A DNA stretch of 63,441 bases, counting the filler, from Klebsormidium nitens (Eukaryota; Plantae; Klebsormidiophyceae), in the NCBI GenBank assembly GCA_000708835.1. It is 6 parts of 6 records of this genome, joined end to end, with 100 filler letters (N's around TTAATTAATTAA, not from the genome) between each part and the next. Parts side by side here need not be neighbours in the genome. Positions count along the whole stretch, not along the records: positions 1 to 28,194 come from DF237812.1; positions 28,295 to 52,472 come from DF237858.1; 4 more parts are not named here. One strand, 5' to 3'. Numbering within the stretch: the first letter of the stretch is position 1; every line of letters starts with the position of its first letter. The notes below the pieces were generated by a model. The model worked only from the letters and a program-made list of their open reading frames with translations. It did not search any database and was not told where the DNA came from. Positions 25,620-38,125 of this stretch are shown piece by piece. Position numbers and translations under genes: made by a program.

Positions 25620-26570
25620 GCGTAACGGTTTTAGGGTCTAGGGTTTTCGGACTGCTGACACTTTACTTTAGCATGTTCTCTCGGATTATCCAACTTCAGA
25701 CAGTGGTGCCCGAGAGATTTTGCGAGGCGGATGCGGGGGGCCTTCTTTCTTGTTGCTTGTGATGCTTTAGTATGCATCCCAACTGCTTCTTGTACCCAAA
25801 GACGCTTACTATGCCAATGCGTGTCCTGAGTATTGAGCTCGCTCTAAGCGAGAAGGCGTTTCCCACATGTGTATGAGAACAGGCAGATCTTGTCAAGCAT
25901 TCTCGGGGCACACAGTGACGTAGCTTCTGCGCACACCTCAACAAGCTTTGCAAGGCAGGTGGTGCAGTCTCCCCCCAGATGCTTGGACCATGCCCTATGG
26001 GTGATCTCTGCAAACGACTTTGTCCCAGCTGCTTCCTTGCCCTTACTTGCATTTGCGCAGGCCCCTCGACGCGCTCCCACTGGGTCCAGACGGAAGCCGT
26101 CGAAGGCTCTTGCCATGCCGTGAGGAGCCGGTGCCGTAACACGTTGTGCGCACGCGGCAGCGGTCTGGCAGTGTAAGGCGGGTGGCTGACAGGTGTCATC
26201 CACGCGGAGGCTTCGAGGTTTCCGAGGCTCCGGTGGCCTGTCGAGTCCGCACGAGGGCAATCCCCCACCGTAGAATGATAGCCAGTGACGAGGCTAGGAC
26301 ACACGAGTAAGACCACATGCTAGGGTTGACAGTAGTTGACTCCCGGTCGGTAGCTAGGCCTCCGGCCGAGTGTAGATCTTGGACCGGGAGACACCATCTC
26401 CGGCCTAGTGGTAGTGCTAGTATAATTACTTGCTTCTAGAGTAGTGGGACTCACTTCTCAAGTTGCAAGTTCTCCTCGAGCTTCCTTGTAAGGACAATGG
26501 CGCCCGAGCATGTGAGAAGGACCCGAGCATTCAGCCGTGGTACATTGGTGTGGAGCTTCGTCTCCGGTGA

Positions 26571-27338
26571 NNNNNNNNNNNNNNNNNNNNNNNNNNNNNN
26601 NNNNNNNNNNNNNNNNNNNNNNNNNNNNNNNNNNNNNNNNNNNNNNNNNNNNNNNNNNNNNNNNNNNNNNNNNNNNNNNNNNNNNNNNNNNNNNNNNNNN
26701 NNNNNNNNNNNNNNNNNNNNNNNNNNNNNNNNNNNNNNNNNNNNNNNNNNNNNNNNNNNNNNNNNNNNNNNNNNNNNNNNNNNNNNNNNNNNNNNNNNNN
26801 NNNNNNNNNNNNNNNNNNNNNNNNNNNNNNNNNNNNNNNNNNNNNNNNNNNNNNNNNNNNNNNNNNNNNNNNNNNNNNNNNNNNNNNNNNNNNNNNNNNN
26901 NNNNNNNNNNNNNNNNNNNNNNNNNNNNNNNNNNNNNNNNNNNNNNNNNNNNNNNNNNNNNNNNNNNNNNNNNNNNNNNNNNNNNNNNNNNNNNNNNNNN
27001 NNNNNNNNNNNNNNNNNNNNNNNNNNNNNNNNNNNNNNNNNNNNNNNNNNNNNNNNNNNNNNNNNNNNNNNNNNNNNNNNNNNNNNNNNNNNNNNNNNNN
27101 NNNNNNNNNNNNNNNNNNNNNNNNNNNNNNNNNNNNNNNNNNNNNNNNNNNNNNNNNNNNNNNNNNNNNNNNNNNNNNNNNNNNNNNNNNNNNNNNNNNN
27201 NNNNNNNNNNNNNNNNNNNNNNNNNNNNNNNNNNNNNNNNNNNNNNNNNNNNNNNNNNNNNNNNNNNNNNNNNNNNNNNNNNNNNNNNNNNNNNNNNNNN
27301 NNNNNNNNNNNNNNNNNNNNNNNNNNNNNNNNNNNNNN
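26571..27338. other. Assembly gap; other gaps at 28195-28295, 52473-52572, 54429-55031, 56291-57086, 59479-59578, 60640-60739, 62096-62195
   Basis: Runs of N. The ~100-nt gaps contain an artificial TTAATTAATTAA spacer. Confidence 0.97.
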
Positions 27339-28699
27339 GGTTCTACCTAGGCTCGTAGTAGGTGCTACCTAGGCTAGTAGTACCATAAAAGTCACCGGGC
27401 AGCTGAATTGGCTGTGTCTGCAGGCGATGTTACGCTGAATTAGTGACCGGGGACTCACAGCCTGACGGGACCGGCGGTCCTATACCAACCCACGTGGTAT
27501 ATGTACCACCCCTGTTTCATTGGCCAGTTCAATTCCGTACATTTGACGTGGCCCCGCTGGATGAACAGCCCCGTTTCTTGCGGGCCCCGGGCAAATCGTA
27601 GTGCGCTTTTTGACAACCGGCCGGACAATGTAGTGGTGGGTTGCACGTGCTATTATGTTGTATCTATCCATGACTATTCCTTGAGCAAGCACCAATCTGT
27701 TGAGCCATGTCGTGGCATTTACTTGCAACTTGAGAAGTGCTTGCTTGGTGGTCATTAGATCAGAGCAAGGGCTTGTTAATTGAGGGGAGGTGTAGCTAAA
27801 AGAAAGCACGCCTGCCTCTGCAGTTATAAGTGGGTTTCTGTTGCGTTGGTTTTGCGCTTCGGGAGCTGTTCGCAGTGATTTGAGCTGCGGGGTGACGGAT
27901 CAAGAACCTCTGGTTCTTTTGCCAAGTGCTCAGCCCGCTGATCAGGGTCCCTCGGGGCTCCGGCAGTGGGTCAGCAGTCACCGGTGAGCAACTTCTAAGA
28001 CAGGGGCACCTGATTGGTGTTCTTGCATTGCTTGTCCTGAGCTTGGATTTAGCTCAGAAGAGTCAGCAAGCTTGAAGTGTCTCAGGAAGGGGCACCAGAG
28101 TTGCTGACTGATTGCCTAGGGCCCAGGAAAGGGTGCCGGAGGTGGGTTTCTTAGCACCGGCGTGTGTTTGGGATAGGGGGTATAGCTATATTGCNNNNNN
28201 NNNNNNNNNNNNNNNNNNNNNNNNNNNNNNNNNNNNNNTTAATTAATTAANNNNNNNNNNNNNNNNNNNNNNNNNNNNNNNNNNNNNNNNNNNNACCCGC
28301 TTTTAAAGGGTTAATGGACCTAGTGGCCGAAGGTCTGCCAATAGGTGGTCGAATGAAGACTTGTTCGGACTTATCCGAACCTTTACACAACCTTTGCAAC
28401 TTGCAGTGATGCTCGCATCCATGCTGCAACGTTTCATCATAAAACAATAATTGCAACTCACCTCTCGTCCGGCCACACAACGGCATAAAAGGCGTGACCT
28501 GAAGTGCAATAATATAGCGTTGCAACCCTTGGACAATCGCACTCGATGTATTTTAGTACTACACCATTTCAGAATCAAATGATGTACGATTCGTATGACG
28601 ATCTGATTGAAAGTCACCACTTAAGTAGACGAACAATCTTCAGAGTAAGTGACAGCAGTGGCTTTAAACCACATTGCCAGGCACGGCTTAAAGAAATGA

Positions 28700-30260
28700 A
28701 CGTGTCATTGCAATTGCTGATTCAGCTCCTTGCAGAATAGACACGATATTGATGCTATTGGCCGCCCGCAAAGGAGCGCAATGCACTGGCAGTGATGCCC
28801 TTACATTCAACACTGCAGGGTTCGTGTTCAAACAATTTGGAGTAGGCTCATGGCCTGTCCCGCCCATCTTATCCTCATGAAGATTGGCTCTTTCAATTGA
28901 TCAATAAACGGAAGCATCGTCCTGTGGTCTTAGTCGAGTATTGCCTCCTTGTAATTTGCGCTACCAGGTTATGTAGAGCCATAGGCCATAGCCAATTGCC
29001 AAGGCGTAACCAATAAAGAGCGGGAGGACCCACTTCTCTGAAGGGTGCGGTCTGTCCATGATGCTCACCCACTCCCGCTTAAAGAGACATAAAACCGCAG
29101 TGTTGGAGGTGGCTAGCAATAGGATCTGACTAAACCATTAAGATTGCAACGATGTCAGGATAAGGACCAGCTGAAGTTCTAAACCCCAAGGCAGAACATG
29201 CACCATAGCAATCGGCCGACAGCCTAATGTTTCGTTCCACTAGTGAAGGCGTGTTGCAGGAGGTGATTTAACTTCTAGTAGCTGCTTCGTCAGATGAAGT
29301 AAAGCATTTGATTTCGGCATCATGATCAGCGCCATCTTCGGAGTGCCAAGCTAATGAACAGCAATGCGGGTCACGTAGCGGCTAGTTATGATCTGGTTTG
29401 TAGCAATTGAAGAAGACAATATGATCTACGAATTTCCCACAAGAAGCAAACTTTTTACTAGGCTCACCTCGTCGCTTTTGGATTCCTCATCTGGAGACTC
29501 TGTCTTATTCAAAGAAGCCTTCTGCTTCAAATCCGTCTTCACACCAGACCGTTGACTACTTTCCTCCAATGGCCTTGGATGGGCGCACGCAGCAAGATCA
29601 CCTGGATTCAATCGGGGATGTGCAGGGTGATATGGGATGACAGCCTGGCGTCATCATGCTTGAAGACGTCTCTAGAGCTGAAGAACTGAAGGCTTGAGCA
29701 GTACTTCATGTTAACAACCTGCTTCAAGAGTCATGTACGGAGCCGAATCTCTATTGGACTTACATGGTGGCGTCCCTCCACAGAAGTTACAGTTTTGGTT
29801 GCAATTTAACTTCTGGCAGGTCTTGCGGTCGTGGAGGTTGGGTTGGCGCACTTTCTTTTTTGCCTGCATTTGCGTTATTCAATAGAATCATAAGATGATT
29901 TGTCTGGTGGACAAATAGTAGGATCCGAACAAACTATCATTTAATCCATTTTTTTCAACCGGGTTCCAAAAGCTGAACTTCCTTGTAGACGTAACAAGCA
30001 CGTGGCAAGTCTTCTTCTGCTTGAAAGGCTCAGTATGCACTTTTCCTACGTCCTTGGTTGCTCAGTCTCTTTCAAAAGTTCTGCGGCAGAGAACGAGCAC
30101 CTTTTTCTGCTTGACCGCCTTGCTCTTGGCCGCTTTGTGGCCGTTTTTGCTACACCGGATCCTGAGAAGCTGCAATAGATCAAAAACCAGCTGAGAAACA
30201 GATGATCGACAATTGAGGACAAAGGTAGGCTCCGAATCATGAAGCCGTTTAACACATCAC
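28700..30260 (-). pseudogene. Heavily decayed multi-exon remnant, possibly MULE-type transposase
   Basis: Minus-strand fragments HDRKTCQKLNCNQNCNFCGG (~29830-29770, followed by a GTAAG donor) and PLFMVTPWQLAMA...LD*DHRT (~29030-28920) with multiple stops. Confidence 0.25.
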
Positions 30261-31139
30261 GACGCGGGTTGCACCGCTTTTCCCCCAGTACGAAGTGGCA
30301 GTATTTCGAAAGCACTCCTACAATATGATCATTCTGCCCTAAGCAACGGAACCAATGGCAGTGACGTCAACTTCCTAATATTATCCTGTCTTGGCTGAGC
30401 GGGCCAATTGAGCCAATCAGAGATCATTCGTTAATGTTAAATTCTGTCATGGGTTCTTGGGATGCACAATATCACCGCTTCTCAAAGGTTTCTAGGTTTT
30501 GTGATCATGAAGTGGAGGCCCTAGTTGATTAGTGCAGGTACAAGCAAGTGTCTGCCACATCAGCCTCGCAAAAGTGGGATGGTCTTCTAGCAATCGTTAA
30601 TTACGTTGAAAGTCGAAGACCCGTCGAAGAGACTCCACCTCCTGCACCTCGACCGACTTTCAGTAATCATCGCTGCGTGCATATATTTCGCTATAAGACT
30701 GGCCGGGCTGATGGCGCCACCATATGCACACATGTTGCAGGTGCCCTTCCGTCAGCTGCACAAGCGAAGGACCCGGACTGGCAGGGCCACCGTGAATGGA
30801 TTGCACATGTGTGTGCGATGCAGTTCGAATATTGGCGTCAGCCTGGACATATGGACAGTTGAAGACTGGTGAGAATGCTCGCGCCGCGAGCGCCTGGAGC
30901 CCCGCGGCCGCGCCGAAAGCGGCCGTGCGGTCAGAAGTTTGCCCGTCAGGGTTTCGGGTTTTGGCCCACGGCGCAACAGTTACTTTGGGAGAAGAAGCAG
31001 CAAAGTTTCGAAAAGCGCTGGCCGTCTCATTGCACTATACAGCAAGTATTACAGCAAGTGCAATGGTGCCTGCCAGGTGAAGGCGGTATAGCAACGCCCC
31101 TGCCTTTGCTCTGACGTTTGTAGAGGTGGTTTGACAGCG

Positions 31140-34100
31140 ATGGCGTCCGCTGTACAGTCGTCCCTGACGCAGCGGTGGCAAACCTTTGCACCTCGCGGAT
31201 CCGCGCAGACACAGCATCTTCGGGCGAGCTCTAACCTTGCATGCATACGTGCAATCAGCACCCCGGCAGTTTCACCCCGCAAATGCAGATCCCTAGCCTC
31301 TGCTTTCAGAGGGCTCACATCCCCCATCCCCTCTAGTCTTGCATTCAACCCCCTGCGGCGGGAGGAGCTGATTCATCAAAAGAAATCTGTTCTGAAGAGG
31401 GGGCTAGTGAAGGCAGCAGCTGCAGCTGAGCTCGAAGCAAAGGCCACCCCCCCAGCGTGGGAGGGCGCCGCAATCCTCCCTTCATTTATCTCCATTGCGC
31501 TTGGCTTAGCGGTGTGGAAGGCGCCCAAGCCCGCCGCCATTTCGCAGCAAGCGTGGCAGCTTCTCGCCATTTTCCTCTCCACCATTACCGGCCTAGTCCT
31601 CAGCCCTCTCCCCGTAGGAGCCTGGGCCTTCCTTGGGTTAACAGTGACCGTTCTCACCAAAACCCTAACCTTCCAGGCAGCATTCAGTGCGTTCACCAAC
31701 GATGTGATCTGGCTCATCGTGATCTCGTTCTTCTTTGCGCGCGGCTTCGTGAAAACAGGGTTAGGAGACCGAGTTGCCACCTACTTTGTGAAGTGGTTAG
31801 GGAAGAGCACGTTGGGATTAAGTTACGGGTTAACTGTGGCTGAAGCGTTGATTGCACCCGCAATGCCGAGCACCACCGCTAGGGCAGGAGGCGTGTTTTT
31901 GCCAATCATTAAGTCGCTGTCACTGGCCGGTGGAAGCAAGCCGGAGGATGGGACGCAGAAGAAGCTGGGGGCGTATCTTATTCAGAATCAGTTCCAGGTC
32001 AGTTGATGGACACTGCTGTTGATGGATCTATTCCTGCATTGGCTTTGTTGTGGAGCTTTTCAGAAGCATCCATATCTCACAGGCCCCTTCAAATGCTATG
32101 ATCTAAGATCTGTGCGTATAGGAAAGACCGGGTCTCTGAGAGCTGTAAAACTCTGACGGCATCAGGGAGTGGCAGCATTAAGGTTTCGGATGGTGGCTGG
32201 TGAGATTAGGGTTTTGGCGAGTTGCCAATTTTGGAGGCGTTCAGATTGGTTAAGAAGTGTCTTTGTCACATATTTGTCAATTCTGAGAACCGGTACTGAG
32301 TGCGCTCCTTCTCACCGCTGCTAGTTGCCTGCCATGGTGGCCAGCAAATTAATGCATCAATCAAGAAGGATCTTGATTTGCAATCAAGCATCAACTTGAA
32401 GGCCCCGCTTTCCCTCCACTTCAGAGGGGGGTTCGCTTCTTGAGCCCCCTGTTCCTTATGATGGCCAATTCCTCAGTTTCCTCCTGGACTTGTTGAAAGA
32501 AGGGGAAAAGAGCAGTTTTGAGTACACATCATTGACCTACTATAGACGCTTTGTTTCCGCAGGCTGCTGGCAACTCGAGTGCGCTCTTCCTGACCGCTGC
32601 CGCCCAGAACCTGCTGTGCATAAAGCTTGCGGGAGAACTCGGCGTGAAGGTCCCCGGCCCATGGCTCACCTGGTTCAAGGTCGCCAGCGTGCCCGCTCTA
32701 GTTGCGCTCCTCACGGGGCCCCTGATCCTGTACAAAATCTTCCCCCCTGAAAGCAAGAACACGCCCGAGGCGCCTGGAATTGCCACAAAGCGGCTAGAGG
32801 TAAGAGATTGGGGAAGTGTGATTTATCGGCGGTGCAATGGAGGGGGCTGCTGAGGTGGGGCTGCTGAGGTGGGGCTGCTGAGATTCTGGAAGGCCTTCAG
32901 AGTGCTGAGTCTCTAGGTGAACGGAAATAGAGCATTCTGAGAGAGCGCAGATTGCTTGCATATGGAGTCCTAGCAGTATCTGTTGGACATATGTTGGCAT
33001 CCCTGCTCGCGCACTTCAGAAATTACAGGCAATGACGCTCCCCTGGCAGGGTCATCTCCAACAAGCAGACATTGATTGGTCTGGACGCTCATGTGCACCG
33101 CTGTCTGCTTGAATCAAATTGACACTCAGCAAGATGATCTTCAAGTGACTCTCTGTTGATAGCCTTCAATCAATTACAATACGCTCAACCCTTCTCCATT
33201 GATCTCCTGCCCACTCATGTGGCTCCAAGGACCCGCCCGACACTTGAAGACATCACTGCCCGACACTTGATGACGTCACTCCTGCAGGCGACCGGCCCAT
33301 GTCGAAGAACAAGTGGGATGTAGTGGGCACTAGCCTGCTGGCAGTCTTGCCGTGGAATCTTGTCGAAATTCTACACATCTCCAACCCAAATTGAAACCCA
33401 GATCGAAGGCGTCAAGTTACAGAGCGCCGAACTGCAGAGTTCTTCTTGCAGGCAATGGGTCCTGTGACGAAGAACGAGTGGGTGATGCTCGGCTCTCGGC
33501 AGTCTTCTTGCCATCGTTTTTGGTTGGCAAAGCTAGCATCAACAACCGAGTAGGAGATGCGGAAGCTTATGATGACCTCAAACTGCGGATTTTTCTTGCA
33601 GGCAATGGGTCCTGTGACGAAGAATGAGTGGGTTATGATCGGCACGATGCTTCTGGCGGTGACGCTGTGGATCTTCGGAGAGCAACTAGGCGTGGCGAGC
33701 GTTGTTGCTGCCATGCTGGGCCTGTGCGTGCTGCTCGTGTTTGGGGTGCTCAAGTGGGACGACTGCCTCACTGAGAAATCTGCGTGGGATACGCTCCTGT
33801 GGTTCGCCGTGCTGGTGAGTGCCTCCAGCACTTCCTAAATTGTTCAAGTCATTGAACTTTTGGAGATGAGTCGTTGAGCCTGAAAATGGAAGAGCAAGAC
33901 GAGGACGACTGCCTCACCGAGAAGAACGCTTGGGATATGCTCCTTTGGTTTGCTGTACTGGTAAACTTCTTCTTTACCACTTCGAACGCCAAGGACTTTT
34001 CGGACCCCCGAATAAGGGCGCTGACACCCTCGCAATCAGAGTCAGCGCCTCCAGGAAGATTGCACTTAGAGAGGCTCTGGAACTTAGGCGAACGGTCTCT

Positions 34101-36736
34101 GGATCCGTCGTTGTTCTAGACCCAGTTTGAGTCGCGAACACCGATTGCGTCACCAAAGGATTCCGGCCTGGGATGCACTTCTCGGCTTTTCCGTCCTCGT
34201 GAAACTCTTTCTTTGACCCCAATTCGCTACGATGTGAAAAACCCTTCGACAGTGAGCCGCAAAATTTCGATAGAAAAGCAGGACCCTGCCTCAACGAGAC
34301 CTCAATCTGTAGAACGTTGCTCGAAACTGCACTTCTCGGAGGAGCGACCCAAAGAGGTTCACAATCCCACTTCCTCGATGCATATAGAAGCATCTGATTT
34401 GTCGGAAAAGGAACTGCCTCTTTGTAAAGATCGCCAACTTCCCCCGGAGCATATTTATTTCTTTCGTAAGGTTCAAATTTGAAGACCGTCGAACGTGGGA
34501 ACTCGAACCTTAAGACCGTCGAATGTGAGTTTCGACGAAGTAAAAGTTGTAAGCGTGATCTGTGGAAGACAAGGACTGGAGCTTGAAGAGTCTTAAACAA
34601 GGGGCGAGACTGGCCGAGAATGCAGGTTTTGTCTACAGTCGTATGCTATTCGGGCCGACCTCTCTCAGTTTCTTTGAAAAGGTAATAACATGTCTGTAGT
34701 GTCGTTGATGTTATACCACGAATGTGTGCGAGAATCCACAATGCGAGAGTTTGAACCCAGTCTGGAGCTTTAAGGCTTAGGACACTATCGAAACCGCCAG
34801 AGCAAGGCAAGCCTTCTGCCATCCTCAAGAAGACGAAATGAAAGCACAGACCATCCATCTGCAACTAACTATGTTCACCAATCCGAAAGGACCTCCGTAC
34901 GCTCCATCGCATGTTTGAATATTCCAAGCGCATGCTCCTTTGACTTCAGCGAGATGGCGCCACGCACCTCGGCATTCGCGTCCGTTTTCTCTCCCTTCGA
35001 CAGGTGCAATCTGACACGGCCCGGTGTTTCAACGCAGGTGGGCATGTCGGGTCAGCTCAACAACCTCGGCCTGGTCAAGTATATGTCCGACTCCGTAGCA
35101 CAGACGCTCGCCAACGCCAGATTGAGCTGGCAGGCCTCCTTCGGTTTGCTCCAGGTAAGCTTCACCCTTTGCCCCTTTTTGAACATCGCCTCTCTCCTAT
35201 GTTCCATCCCCGTCGACGAAGATCAACTAGAATCCGTTGAGCGATCCGCCTTTCGCTGCCTCTAGCTTTGGTAAGAATCGCCTCTTTCAATATCTTTGAC
35301 TACTATTGACCTCGTCTGCCCTACTTAGATTCGAGGACCTGAGGTTGAGCCTTGCGCGGCTTTTGGAAGAAGCCCTCGTGGCAGGAAAGAACTTTTGAAT
35401 GTCAAATCAGATTCATCGAAGGCCCTGTATGAACCTTGCCGGGATGAAAGCATGTGTTTCACAGCGGAGATGGGGAGTCAGTCTGAAAACACCATTAATA
35501 GGTTCGAAAGTTTCCTCAGCCCACGCTGTTACGTGCCGAACCTGCGTGCGCAGAAACTTCGTTCAATCGAAGCCCGTTCGCTCCGACTGCGTCCTGAAAC
35601 TTCAGAATCCCTTCATTTCTTCGTAACCATATTCTGTACTAACCACGCTTTACAGGTCGTCTACTTCACGGTGCACTACCTGTTCGCCAGCCAAACCGCC
35701 CACGTGGGTGCGCTCTACTCCGCCTTCCTGGCCATGAACCTCGCCGCGGGCGTGCCCCCCCTCCTCGCCGTGCTCGCGCTGGGTTACAGCACCAACCTCT
35801 TCGGGGCGCTCACGCACTACAGCAGCGGGCAGGCCGCCGTCTACTTCGGAGGTAGGCTTTCTTGGTTCTTTCTTGTCCGTAGGAATGCGTGGCTCCGGGC
35901 TTCAATTTCGGGTCGTACATTTGGAAATAGGTTGCTTCGTTCGGGGCAGCAACGCACCACAGCAGCGGGCAGGCCGCCGTTGCTTTTGAAGGTGATATTC
36001 TGGCGTCTTTTACGATTTGAAGAAGCGTTGCATTGGCGTCTGTGAACAGGTCTTGCTGCCTTGGAATTGGGTTGCTTTGTTGGGGCGATCATGTATTACA
36101 GCGAGCAGACCGCCATTTACCATGGTAGTGCGGGGTTCTTCTTGTTCTTTTGAGTATCGGAGGTTGTCGGGTTTACTTGCGTGCTGTACGTGAGAACGCC
36201 ACGCGGCCATTCTTACTGGCCAGTACAGAGTGCAAAGATATCGGATGGACCAGAACGGCTGTCGAGTACATGCTTGTCGAGAAAAACGAGGATGGGCAGG
36301 AAAGCGTGAAGATGTAGTGGGCGCGCTTCTTTAGACGGCTCGCTTTTGACGTTCACTCGTCCATCGTACATCCTTTGGTCGAGAGGCTTGTCAAAGTTAC
36401 GACTCTTGGGGACCATACACGAAGAGGTCTTGTGCACAACCTCTGGCAAGAGCGGCTTCTTGGTGCGGTTAGAAATCCTGAGGGGTTCTTCTGTAGAGGC
36501 TCTTTGCCTACTCATCCTCGGTAAACCTGCCTGTCGGCCCTTCACTTCCCACTCCTTTTCGACCAGCCACCTTGCTCAGGATTCGGTTGCTCATGTCATC
36601 CCTCCGTCACTCCTCTGCAGCTGGATATACGACTCTGCCCGAGACCTTCAAGCTGGGTTTCATCATGGCGATCTGGAACGCTCTGGTTTGGACTGTTGTG
36701 GGTGGGGTGTGGTGGAAGTTCCTGGGACTGTACTAG
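31140..36736 (+). CDS. DiT2: Plastid dicarboxylate (glutamate/malate) translocator, DASS family (578 aa, 6 exons)
   Basis: Exons 31140-31997, 32563-32799, 33602-33814, 35038-35154, 35656-35851, 36621-36736 (1737 nt, all GT-AG, phases fit). Ser/Ala-rich transit peptide. DiT2-type rather than DiT1-type motifs: GLVLSPLPVGAWAF, GLGDRVATYFVKWLGKSTLGLSYG, APAMPSTTARAGG, GNSSALFLTAAAQN, LTHYSSGQAAVY, WWKFLGLY. Confidence 0.95.
33288..33500 (+). repeat. Two intronic echo copies of DiT2 exon-3 acceptor plus exon start
   Basis: TTCTTGCAG|GCAATGGGTCCTGTGACGAAGAA repeated with exon-like start at 33452 (about 49/53 identical to the real junction at 33602); older copy CTGCAG|GCGACCGGCCCATGTCGAAGAACAAGTGG at 33288. 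Confidence 0.9.
33901..33966 (+). repeat. Intronic echo of DiT2 exon-3 end plus donor
   Basis: Encodes DDCLTEKNAWDMLLWFAVL|GTAAAC versus the real DDCLTEKSAWDTLLWFAVL|GTGAGT, 146 bp upstream. Confidence 0.9.
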
Positions 36737-38125
36737 AGCGCCACTTGTCGAGTTGTGAGTATGAGAGCACTCAGGACACTTTTCGACGATTTGGGGGGGA
36801 TGTGTTTGGTGTTGGGTGCGGGCAAAGTCAGGGCTTCAGTTTTTGATCGCCTAGAACTTAAGCAGAGCGGAAAGGTGAATGGGAAAGGGATTCTGGGGTC
36901 AGAAGGTCATTCTTTTGGAGGTGGCAGAAACTTGGTCAGGCAGTCGTCATTTAAGATCGATCAGACATCGGTCGGTTTCATATCCATGTCGCTCTTGCTA
37001 GCTCTATAAGCAGACTAAAGGTCAGTCTAAGCGGCGGAGATCAATGAACTTCAGTTCAATGTTGCGCTTGCTAGTTTTATAATCAATTAAGGATAGGCAG
37101 GTCAACCTTTCTTCTCAGGACTTGGACAGCTATCGTGTCAAAGCATTCCGGTATGGTCGAGGATATCATAGTTCGAGAGCGTGCCAAGCTCCGCCATCCA
37201 GCGTGCATAATAGCCGGACGGAATTTAAAGCTGCGAGTCTGGGTCCTTTGAAGAATTTGGTGAGTCGTGCCTTCGTGCCTACACCGGGTCTTAGGGATTG
37301 CGAATTTCATTGTGTTCTAAATTTCTAACTTAATAATACGTGCGTGATTCCACAATCGTTTCATTAACTGAGTAGGGTGGATTGTGCATGTAACCTTCCT
37401 GATCCACTGGCAATGCAGTGCAGCGCCGAACGACCATCTTTGAGGCATCTGGCACATCTAGATGCCAGCTACATGATTGCCATCATTGGAGCATGCAGCT
37501 CTGTCATACATATGCATGGCGCCGCGCGACGGTGCGCTGAGCTATTATACTACCATGTACAAATTGCATGGCGGCTTATACATATGTATGCATGCGAACT
37601 GTGTTGCATATATTATGACGGGAAGCGGTCCGGGTAAAGGAATCACTACCAACTTTCAATGACCATATATGGTCAAGTGCACTGATTCAGGCCTAGGCAT
37701 TATGCCTAGCTAGGTATATATATGGGCCTGCTGAGGATCAACATGGAACTTTCGGAAATGCACAGGCGCCCGCTTCAATTCATGAATTGAGCCTAGCTCA
37801 GTTCGGGCCCGGTCGAACCTGGCCGCCCGGTCTGCCGCAGCGACCGTCAGAGCCGAGCTGTCACTAGCTAGGATGTGGCTAGGATCGACAAAAGTGATTT
37901 CACAATTACCGTACGGCACATAAGGCAAGGATTCCTGTCGTGTATGCCATGATGGACTCAAAGGCCCCTAGATCTGCTCAATCTGGATTCTGCCGGCCGA
38001 GACCTTACTCATTAACCTGTGATGTCAGTGTCTAAGCTCTGAGCAAAGAAGCAAAAGGACTTGAGCGCCGCTTGTCCGTAGAATCAGTATCAATGTTTGC
38101 TGTATTGTCGTTTTACCTTCAGTCC

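Noticed and set aside
26497-27372. Long ORFs made mostly of X (also 54221-55351 and 55355-57577 as listed)
   Set aside because: The length comes from translating N runs; only the flanking real sequence was evaluated.
27455-27809. Possible Ty3/gypsy gag remnant on the minus strand
   Set aside because: Only vague similarity; no intact zinc knuckle, protease, RT or integrase motif.
28239-28250. TTAATTAATTAA palindrome recurring inside several gaps (also near 52517, 59523, 60684, 62140)
   Set aside because: It is always centred in N runs and has stops in all six frames, so it is an assembler or scaffolding spacer, not biology.
30548-30872. Two overlapping ORFs upstream of DiT2
   Set aside because: No recognisable domain or splice support; they lie in probable promoter or intergenic sequence.
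37330-37900. CATG-rich intergenic stretch loosely similar to 44560-45130
   Set aside because: Shared motifs are short (GAGCTATT, AAATTGCA); I could not establish a real alignment or element ends by eye.
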